64,000 bases of DNA from Clostridiales bacterium (GTDB lineage Bacteria > Bacillota > Clostridia > Christensenellales > UBA1242), in NCBI GenBank assembly GCA_918262735.1, contig CAKJYJ010000005.1, positions 6,541-70,540 of the forward strand, read 5' to 3'. The position numbers and the translations under genes are program-made. Of this stretch, positions 1 through 10,200 are shown piece after piece; within the stretch, counting starts at the first letter, position 1, and the number at the start of each line of letters is the position of its first letter. The notes under the pieces were generated by a model. The model had not been told where the DNA came from. It did no database searches and saw only the letters and a program-made list of their open reading frames with translations.

Positions 1-417
1 TTTTTCTAAGAATTGTTTTTTGTTTATACCGTATTTTTTTAACAAATTTTGAATGATTGCACCCGCATTATCTATAAATGATATAAATATGTGTTCAACC
101 GAAACATATTCATCTTTCATATTTTTTGCAATCTCTTGTGACTTTTCTAGTATTTCGTTGGTTTTTGAAGATAAATATACTTGTCCACCACCACTAACTT
201 GTGGCTTATTTTTATTTTCTTTATCCAACTCTTCAATTAATTCCCCGACATTTTTAACCATGCTTTGAACAATCTCATAGATTAAAGAGTTATCATATGT
301 TAACAAGCAGTACAAAAGATGGCTTTCCTCAATTTGTGGGCTCTTCAACCCAACCGCCAAATCTTGACTTTGTTGTAACACCTTAATTGAATTTTCTGTA
401 AATTTATTAATGTCCAT
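1..417 (-). CDS. clpB: ClpB-type AAA+ chaperone, N-terminal fragment (gene runs off the left edge)
   Basis: It is not in the ORF track because no stop codon lies in the window. The reverse-strand translation from ATG (415-417) reads MDINKFTENSIKVLQQSQDLAVGLKSPQIEESHLLYCLL...YLSSKTNEILEKSQEIAKNMKDEYVSVEHIFISF. This is the typical double Clp_N repeat of ClpB. An AGGAGG RBS lies at 422-427. Confidence 0.75.
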   Translation of the reverse strand, partial: MDINKFTENSIKVLQQSQDLAVGLKSPQIEESHLLYCLLTYDNSLIYEIVQSMVKNVGELIEELDKENKNKPQVSGGGQVYLSSKTNEILEKSQEIAKNMKDEYVSVEHIFISFIDNAGAIIQNLLKKYGINKKQFLEK

Positions 418-445
418 AAACACCTCCTAAATTTTATTTTGTCCA

Positions 446-474
446 ATTATACCACCATTTGCTAGCAATGTCAA
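446..474 (-). promoter_or_regulatory. Consensus sigma-A promoter for clpB (TTGACA-N17-TATAAT)
   Basis: On the minus strand, the -35 TTGACA is at 474..469, the spacer is 17 nt, and the -10 TATAAT is at 451..446. This sits about 30 nt upstream of the clpB ATG. Confidence 0.55.
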
Positions 475-488
475 CAAAAGAGTGCTAA
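462..488. promoter_or_regulatory. CIRCE-like inverted repeat (possible HrcA operator) overlapping the clpB -35
   Basis: The minus strand reads TTAGCACTC-ttttgttga-CATTGCTAG against the CIRCE consensus TTAGCACTC-N9-GAGTGCTAA. One arm is perfect (9/9), the other matches 6/9, and the N9 spacing is exact. Confidence 0.35.
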
Positions 489-523
489 TTTTTTATTTTT
501 TTTATTAATGTATGTTTGTGGTG

Positions 524-552
524 TTAAAAAAGTTCAAGTTAACCTTGAACTT
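524..552 (-). terminator. Weak intrinsic terminator for the small lipoprotein gene
   Basis: An 8-bp stem AGTTCAAG/CTTGAACT (531-538 / 544-551) has a 5-nt loop that contains the TAA stop. A U-run follows on the minus-strand transcript (A-run at 526-530 on the plus strand). Confidence 0.4.
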
Positions 553-1060
553 TCTTTTTTACACTTAGGGTATACTCTTTGCTCACCTCTGCAACTTTAA
601 CAAACTCTTCTCCACTCTTTTCTCCAATCACGCCAAGAAATGTTAATGTGGCATCTCTATTCGAATTAACCACAAGTGTGGTTGTTAAAACATCACTGTA
701 CCCAACCATTGAATCCGTTTGCTCTTTTTCTAAATTAAATAGTTTATATTCATCCAAACTAATGTAGCCATCATCTTTGTTTAATGACAGTTTTATTTTT
801 TCGTCATCTTTGGCAAACTCTTGAAAAATTGTTAATTCAACCTCGTCGGTGTCTGACTTTACCAAAATGTCAATATAGTAATCTTTGTAATCCTTTTCTT
901 CTGAAAATTTTATTGTTATTGTGTGGTCCGTGCTCATTGCTCCAGAAATATCTATAAACGTTACTGTTAATGGTTGTCTTGTTGTGCTTTGACACGCGGA
1001 AAGCAAAAATAGCGAAATAATTAATATAAAATTAATTGTTTTTTTATATTTATTGCACAT
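539..1060 (-). CDS. Small lipoprotein of unknown function (173 aa)
   Basis: The N-terminus MCNKYKKTINFILIISLFLLSAC|QSTT has a K-rich n-region, a hydrophobic core and the lipobox LSAC. The mature part is acidic and beta-rich with no recognisable domain. Confidence 0.65.
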   Translation of the reverse strand: MCNKYKKTINFILIISLFLLSACQSTTRQPLTVTFIDISGAMSTDHTITIKFSEEKDYKDYYIDILVKSDTDEVELTIFQEFAKDDEKIKLSLNKDDGYISLDEYKLFNLEKEQTDSMVGYSDVLTTTLVVNSNRDATLTFLGVIGEKSGEEFVKVAEVSKEYTLSVKKKVQG

Positions 1061-1198
1061 TTTTCAATTAATACTCCAATAAATATTATTGGCAAAGATA
1101 TAATTATTTAATCATTTTATTCATTATTAATCATAAATTTAACCAGCAATTAGCAGAATTATATAGTTACAATATATTTTATTAAACATTATTTGTAC

Positions 1199-1240
1199 GC
1201 AAAAAAGATTGCACCCAAAAATGAATGCAATCTTTTTAAT
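1199..1240 (-). terminator. Intrinsic terminator after giant gene 1
   Basis: A 9-bp stem AAGATTGCA/TGCAATCTT (1205-1213 / 1226-1234) with a 12-nt loop is followed on the minus-strand RNA by UUUUUU. It begins 8 nt after the TAA at 1242-1244. Confidence 0.55.
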
Positions 1241-1241
1241 T

Positions 1242-4200
1242 TTAATTTATTGGCAAGCCTTGAAGATTAATTGTTTTTACTTCATATTTGCCATCGTAAT
1301 ATGCACCACCAGATATTATGTTTATACTGTTGTTTATTGTGTTTTGAGTAGTATATTTACTAAATGTAAATACTTTAGCTTCTGTTATACTATAATCTGC
1401 ATAATAGAAATATACTTTTTTGCTAATTGTTATAGTCGCTGCACCACTAATTGTGACATTACTAAATGTTGTTTCGTCACTTTTTACAATACTTGTAATT
1501 AATCCAAAGTACAATGAGTTATCAAATATGAAATTATTGTTCATATTTACCGATGCCTCACTCACATATGATGTGTAAACAAATTCGTCTAGCTCGGTTC
1601 CATTTGAATTAATATACTTTTTATGTGATGTTAAATTGATTGATATGTCGCCACTAATAATACTTGAAGAAAGTGCGCTAGTGCCTGGTGCTATATCCAT
1701 ATACCCAACAATAACACCAACATAATTTGAACCGCAAATTATTAAACCTGTGCAATTTTCTTCGTGTTCTTCATCATGGTGCCCAATATTAATTGTTTCT
1801 ATATAGCCGTATGTATAATACCCAACAATACCGCCAACATATTTAACAACATATGGATTATTAATGCTATCGGTAACAAAGCCATTAATTAATTCATTTG
1901 CATAAACACCTGTGAATGACGCACCAATAACATCATAGCCCTTTTCTGATGAAACATTTTTTATTATTCCACCATTCATCAAACCTGCCACACCGCCAAT
2001 TGCAATTGGACATATTGGGTTGGTTTTGAATAAGGTTTTATTCAGTATGTCAGAATTAATTGTTATGTCTTGAATTGTTCCACGATTTTCACCAGTAATA
2101 ATTCCGCCAAAAGCCATTGCTTGAATTTCATTGTTAAATGAATTTAATTCAACATCAATATCGTGTACACATGCAGAGGCGCCAACACCACCAAAAAGTA
2201 ATCCTGCAACAACGCCATATGAGCGAGAGTCTTCTCCAACAGCCACAACAGATATGTCTGCCATGCCTCCAACATATCCAATAATTCCACCACTATAAGA
2301 AACGCTTGTTTTATTAACCGTTGTTTCGTTGTAACTAAGATTTTTTGCAAGTCCACCAACATCCTCTTTGTTATCTATTAAAACTGAGCCATACTGCGTT
2401 GATTTAACAATAACATTGGCAAATACATTTCTTACATCCGTAACTCCGGCAGTTCTACCAAAAACACCACCAAGAATATTGCTACCAGTAACAATTACAT
2501 TTTGTCCTTCAACATTTACGTTATAAACATTTGCATTCGTTAATGTTCCGGCTAATGCCCCAACAAATATTGCATTTGGAAGATTAACATAATATGGCTT
2601 TAGCGTTATATTCTTAAACACACTAACGGTTGTTGAAGTTTGCCCAATACCAGCCAATAAGCCTCCAGAATTAATTGATGAACTGCTATTCACCGAATAA
2701 TTTGAAATATTAAAATTATTACCCTCAAAATGCGCTATAAGCGTTCTGTCGTAGAGTTTTGTGTTATAAACCCTTTCCTGTGTGTAATCTATATCGCAAA
2801 TTAATCTATAGTATTCTAATATACCCATATTGCCTTGATTGCAGTAATCTTCAAATTCAACCGCTGTTGATATTAAATATGGATTATATTGTGAACCATA
2901 TGCAATTTTGGCATCATCTGACGAATACGAATACTTACCATCTTCTATTGTGGTGTTATTATCTAGGTTGAGAGAATATCTAGAATTTGCAATTATGTTA
3001 GGTGAAACAAGTTGTAGTCTACCAGCAACAAAACCTGTTTTTTCAAAACGCTCAGTTTCAAAATCATATATGTCAAACCCTTCGCAAACGGCAGAATATG
3101 TTTGTCCATTCTTCATTTTTTGATCGGTTAATCCCGCATCATTTAATGTTGGAATGTCATTAACATAGAACCAAACAGCATCGGTTAATAGACCATTTTC
3201 TTTATTAATTAAGAAATTTGAGAAGAGTCCATTATTTTTTACCTCACCATGTTTATCAACCAAACTAAAGTCGTATAAGCTTATTGGATTTACACCAGGA
3301 ATTCTAGATGTATAAACATTTGAATTGACATCTTTTTGATAGTTTGTTTCTGATGTGTAATAATTTATAACTCCATCAACTATTGCAAAATAACAATCCT
3401 CAAAACTTGATTTTTCACCCTCTGAAATAACAAATGCATAGTTCAATGTATCATTTACTCTCATTCGTGAAAGTGAATATACTCTACTGATTGAATTGTT
3501 GTTTATTCCAACAAAACCAGCACATTTTGAAGATGAATCTATTGGAATATTTGAATATGAATCGGTAATAATTCCATCATTTTGGTAAACAAAACCTGCT
3601 GTTGCCAAAGACGAATAGATGTTCTTTGAAGCGGTGCTTTCAGAATCTGCATTATAATAGCAATACACCTTATCTGAAATATGCCCTTCTATATAACACA
3701 TAGATATCTTTCCTGAGTTGTTGCAAACAAATCCGCCAGTAACAATATTATCATTTGCCCTACTGGTCTTATTCATAATTTTTGCTTCTTTAACATAACA
3801 GCTTGAAATTTGACCATTATTATTTGCCACAAATCCACCAAGAGAGCCACCATTAAGAGACATGCTTGCCGTTACTCTTGAATTGGTGACATATCCATTA
3901 TTAACTGCTGCAATGGCACCAAAGTATGTGTTTTCCATAGCAGTTACTGAGGTTATAACGCTAACTTCTAATAAGCCACCACCTTTAACACAACAGTTGG
4001 TAATTAAACCATTGTTTGTTGCACACAATATGCCAATATTTGCGTTCATAGTATAATTATTATTAATTGTTAGTGTTGTATGAGTGTTAGACACAACAAT
4101 ATTAATATTTTTAAATACCGAACCAGATTTTATAGTTTCAAACAACGCAAAATTATTTACATTCTCAACATTTGTGCCAATTGTGTTTCCTGTAATGATA

Positions 4201-7200
4201 ATTGAATATCCATTACCATCTAACATACGTGGCGTTGTTTTTATGGTTTCAAATTCATTTCCTTTAATTGTTATATCGCTAACAAGCCTGTAGTATTCAT
4301 CATCTTCAACCAACTTTAATTTTTCATAGCTGTTAATTGGCATTGGGACCTTTTCGCTAGAATTCATATAAACACGAACATTAAATACTGCACTTCCAGT
4401 GTAAATCCTATATATACTATTTGATTCAACATTAGTTAAATCACAAGTTGGAACCCCATTTTTATAAATATAATCATATTTTACTTCAAACTCATATGGT
4501 GCTGAATCAAATATTGCTTTTGGAGTGAATATACCATTTTTGAATAAATAATTAATTGCTCCATCGTCACTTAAACCATCATTAATTTCAATTCGTCTTC
4601 CATTTATATCAAAATAGAATGTTGACAATTCTTTGAATGAATTTAAGAATTGTTGTCGAAGACTATCGCTTTCATATTCCATTGATATTTTATTAGAAAT
4701 AACTTCTTTTATATCTACCGCACTCAAAAGCCTCAGTGAAATATTGTCATCAACAAACAAGTTTTCATTATCTAAAAGAACTTCATAAACACGTAAACTT
4801 ACAACAAAGTTCGCACTTTGTGTTAAGACATTATTCTCTATTTTTCTGCCAAATGAGGTTATTAAAACTTCATAATAAGGATTTTCTCTATAATCAATGT
4901 TAATATTTGAAATATTCAAATAATAAACGCCACCAATGTCGCTTATACTTGCAACATTTGCATCTGAAGAATTGAAGAATACCTCATCTTTATTGAATCC
5001 AACAATATTTGTTACTACGGCATAATTCTTACCCTTTGCAACACTATAAACCGCATTAACTCCCAACGTGTCACTTGGTTCTGGGTCTTTACCGTACAAT
5101 TCAAATTCAACCTTTTTGGTGCTTTTTGCAATAACAGTTATTCCTTTGTAATAGCAGAGTTTTGGTTGACCGTTTTCTGTTTTATAGAAATACATATCAA
5201 TTGGAACATATGTACCCTGATTTATGGATGCAGGTAATGAATATATAATTGCCAAATCCAATGTTCTTTCGGCGGTTGCTGTTTCGGTGTCATAAATTGA
5301 TTCGTTAATTATGTCTGCTCTATATATCCTAAGTGTTAAAACGCCGTCAACCGATGTGTAAACAACTTTATAACTAATATTATAGTATGTTTTATTATCT
5401 TCAATAATCTTTTCAGCCAATGCTAGATATCCACCAGAAACTCCAGAATTCATTGTAATATCAACGTATTCAAATTCGCTAAGTTGTGTGTAAATATATG
5501 TTCTTAAAACATTCATTTCTCCAGAAGATGCAAAGTTGCTTGTGTTTATCATTTCAGATGCAATAAACTGATTTTTGTTCAGATTATTTCTCATGTATAG
5601 GTTTTCTTCGTAGTTATAGTTATTAATTAGAACCGATGTGATTGTTTCTGGAGTGTAATCAATTGTTAAATATTCTCCCTCAAATATTTTTAATGAATGC
5701 ACGAATAGTTTCAAAGCGCAATCCTTAAGCCATCTATAGTTATATGATGTTACAATCATTCTTATTTGATATGTTTCGAAATGTTTAATCCCATCAACAC
5801 TTGAATCTAGTTTAATTAATTTGAAAAGTCTATACCCGTTACTATCTGTTATATAACTTAAATTTGGATCAACAGTATCCTCAATAGAATACATCTCATT
5901 ATTAATATATGGGGTTATTTGAATAATATCATCATTGCTGTAAAGGTTATATGAAATCGACATTTGAATTGTGTCGGTTGGTTCTGCAGCAATATTGTAC
6001 TTATCTATTTCAATATTATCTATTCCCGTCACAGTGCTTATTGCATATGGAACTGAATATGATTCTGCAATATTTGCTGAAAATTTATAGAATCCCAATT
6101 CTTCAACATAAACACCATACAAAACACTGCCCTCTAAAATTAACACAGGGTGAATTTTAATTAATAAGTCCTCATCACTATCTACCAATGATTTTAGGAA
6201 TAATGTTTGTCCTGCAACTCTAACTTCAACAATATCGTCAACTAATATTCCATCTTTATACACATAACCTTCAAATGTTATTTCTGTGTTGTTTTGAAGA
6301 TAAACAGGAGTGTTTTGATAATTATATATATCTGAGTAAGCATTAACGAATAATGTTTTTACCTTATTATTAATAAGTTGTATGTTAGATGTTGTTATAA
6401 CTTTATTTTTATCGGTATATGCTCTAAAATCATCAAAATAAGTTGTTATATAAACCTTTATTGATGCATTATTTTTGTAATTCAAGCTACTATATATTGT
6501 TAAATTAAATGAACCAAGCCCACCAAACTTTAATAAACTGCTATAATTTGTAAAGTTTGCAAGACCTATATTGTCGGTTTCAACAGTAATTTCTTTTGCT
6601 GATATATTGGCAAGTTTTAACAATTCTAAAGTATGCATTGAGTTTTCAATTTTAACTTGGTCGTTTGCATTTTTTGCTTTTTTATAAACCGCAAGAACTA
6701 TGCTAGATATAATGCTTCCACCATTAATTCTTTCTTCCGCCTCTTTTTCGAATTCACCACCATAAACCGTTGTGTAAAAATCCCCGCCGTCATCATAAAG
6801 AATAACAGCAAAATCTCCGTAATAGAAATCAATGTTTAAATTTGGGTCAACACGAAGATTTGAATCATTTCTGAGAGTTCTTGTAACATATGACTCAACT
6901 TTATTGCTTTCATCAAAATTTCTTGTTGCAAAAGCATACAGTTTTTCATATGTGTCGCCATATCTAACAATAAGTGAAATATCAATTCCTTTTCTTGTTC
7001 CGTTGTCGGTTGCCTGAACTTTGTTATACATCACATTTGTTATATCGGCAAGTTCACTCACACTACCAACAAAGCCACAAACATTTCCAGAGCCTCTAAC
7101 GTAAACTCTGCTAATGTTATTTTCAACTTGACCATACGAATAATCTCCCAAGAAACCACCAACAAACGACTCTGCTGATGCTGAAGAGTTAACAACAGTT

Positions 7201-10200
7201 CCAACTGCTTTAATATTAGAGATTAATGCAACATCGCCATCTGTTGATCCGTTTTTACCAACAACGCCACCCAAATAAGTTGCGTTAGATTCAATGCTTG
7301 CATTAACATTAATACCAAACAAACCAACAGAAACTAATGTTGCAGAACTAAATAGGTTTTTAATTCTACCTTCTCCGGCGTTAATTCCGCAAACACCACC
7401 AACATACAAATTTGTGCTTCCAGATTGAATAACAGTAAATTTATTATTCATATCAATTAAAAGTGTTGAATTAATTAACTTATCTGTAATTTGAATATCT
7501 GCCACATTTTTTCCAGCGACCAAACCAATATAAACTGGCACTGCGTTTAAACTTTCACTGTTTATTTCAAGTGGACTTGTCTGTTCACCATAAAGGCTAA
7601 CCGTAACATCACGAATTAAACCATAGTTAACACCACACAAAAGTCCAATATCTGCCTCTAAAGTTTCAATCACCCAGCTTTCTTCACTATCAAACATTCC
7701 AGAGATTGCCAAATTATATATTTTTGCTTCGCTTCCAATTGTTTCAAACATTCCGGAATTTTGTCTGCCAGAATTAACAACCTTAAAGTTAGATATTGAA
7801 CCAATTTGAACGGCCGAACCAAAATCCTCATCTAGTTCACTTAAGAACGTTCCTCTAAGTGTTCCATTAAAGTTCTGTAGTTTAATTTCTTCTCCGCCAC
7901 AATCAATGTTTCTATCAATATAGTAGTGCCTATCTGCAAGCATAGAAACAATACCGCGATAATCTGATATTTTTAATGCAGACTGCTCTGTTTGACCATC
8001 GGCACAGACAAAAGGTAATGCAATGTGATAGTAATAGTTTCCATAATTATCTTTAACATTACTTGATTTCATTTTTGAAACAGGGAAAATCCTAATTATT
8101 CCAGAGCCACCGCTAATATATGTAAATGTCAGATTATTGCCATTCTGTGTGCAAAGCAAGCAATTTGACCCGGTTTTATATTCAATAAATACTCGAATAT
8201 CCTGCATCATTGCATCGGTTGGCATAACATAAAAACTTAGATTAACTTCATTATACTCTTCTGTGTTATCTAAATAAATATCTGTTCTGCCATTAACCAT
8301 ATATAAATTGTCCACATCAATGTAATTATCAATATTAATGGTTATTTCTGAAACATAACTGCTACCCGTTTTGTCTGTTAGCCTTAGGCTAATTGAGAAT
8401 GTATCAATAATCCTAATACCAGTTATATCGCAAACAAACTTAGCTATATACACATCATCTTCGCCGCCGAGTTCAAAATAGCCCAGCGTTCCAACCGGAT
8501 ATTTTCCGTCATCATTCATATGACCAAAATCAGTGGCAGGAATTCTCCAGTTATCTATTGTTATTGCTAAATTTGAACTGCTAAGTTCTCCCATATTGTG
8601 AACCACACTTCCACTTAGAGTTGCATCTAAATATATGAAAGCTTCTGAAAGATTTTGATTCATATATGAAAGGTCATTTTTGTTATAAACAGAAAGATGT
8701 TTAACCTTTCTAGTATTATCTAATATGTCATCAACAAGTTCATCATGACTTGTTGTTATTTGCAATATTTTAATATAATCAATGCATTTAACCGCAATGT
8801 CGTAGTGTTTTGTTGTTAAAACATCAAGACTAAAAGCGCTGTTTGCTTTGTATATTGTTAAAACAACCTCAATGGTAACATCTTCGTCATCTTCTGTGAA
8901 ATTTTTAGCTGTAATAACACCATCGTCCACAACAAAATAATCTTCGTCGCGGCTTTGCACTGTGAGACCAAATGACATTTCGTCTGCATCTCTGTAATTT
9001 AGTATTTTTTCATTGAGTTTTACTTTTGAACCAATACCCTTAAAAACAATGCTATTAACACTGTTATTTAGTTCTGGATCCACTGTGAATTCAGAAACAT
9101 TATTTCCGCTATCTTCAGCAATTTGTAATTGAAAATCTTCTATGGTTATTTCTCTCACAACAACCACAGTTAAGAATGTTCGTAAACCCGTTTGAGTTTC
9201 TAATCTGAACTCAGTTCTTCCAACTTTATTTGCCGTTATTTTTAACATTGGAGTTTGGTAATAAGCTGGTGATGAAAAATCCTGCTCAACATCACAAACA
9301 GAGCCATTTAATGATAATCCAGTTATGTTCAATCTACCAACAGTGCTATTTTCATCAGTCATAAAGCCAGAGAAAAATCTCACAGTTTTCTCCGTTCCTC
9401 TTGACATTGGGATATAAATTGTTGAATCCTCGTATGTTGGATTAATTGTGAATGTTGTGGTTCCCTTATATACCTTAAAATATATATTATTTGAACATAT
9501 AACATTATTAGAATTATCTAGGCAAGATATGGTTAAAACCAAATAGTTTTCGTATGCCATTATTGATTTAACACGCAAAATTTCATTTAAGGAATCTAAA
9601 GTTAACAAATCTATTGCAGTATAATCATAAAGCGATTTATTGCCGTAATAAACCTCAACATATTCAAGGAAGGTTGACCTTTCCATATATGTTGGTTCTT
9701 CACCTGAGGTTATAACTGCACTATAAGTTTCAATTGAATAGTGATAATCTTGACCATTGTATGCACCCTCAACACTTGGGAAAAGTGCAAATCTAAAATT
9801 GAATATTTCTTGACTATTATCGTAAAGTTCAACTGTGTCTATGTTAGATTGCCCATTAATTCTTAATTCTTTTGGCAATATATTAACATAAACCGGTATT
9901 TTTACCACTTCGTAATTTGAAATAAAATCTGCCTGATATATCTTAAATGTTAAGTAGAAAGGAGAATCTGGTTGCGTTATTGAATTTGCCTGAACAATGA
10001 AAGAAAATTCTTCTTCTCTTCCAACGATTGGAGCACCATTTGCAATCTCCCCAGTTAATCCTTCATCGGCATAGGCATCAATCTTATAAAAAGCACGTTC
10101 TGATTCAAACTCATAACCAACACTAACTAGTTTTTGGAAATTTGTGTTGTCGTTTAATGTTAATTCAATTTTACTAATACCCTCTTCTTCAAAAGGATAC

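Noticed and set aside
1761-1790. A His/Glu-rich patch, NIGHHDEEHEENC, in giant protein 1 as a possible zinc-metalloprotease site.
   Set aside because: It is HxxxH (H-D-E-E-H), not HExxH, and it has no downstream third ligand context. It sits inside a GLUG coil region. It may bind metal, but nothing supports protease activity.
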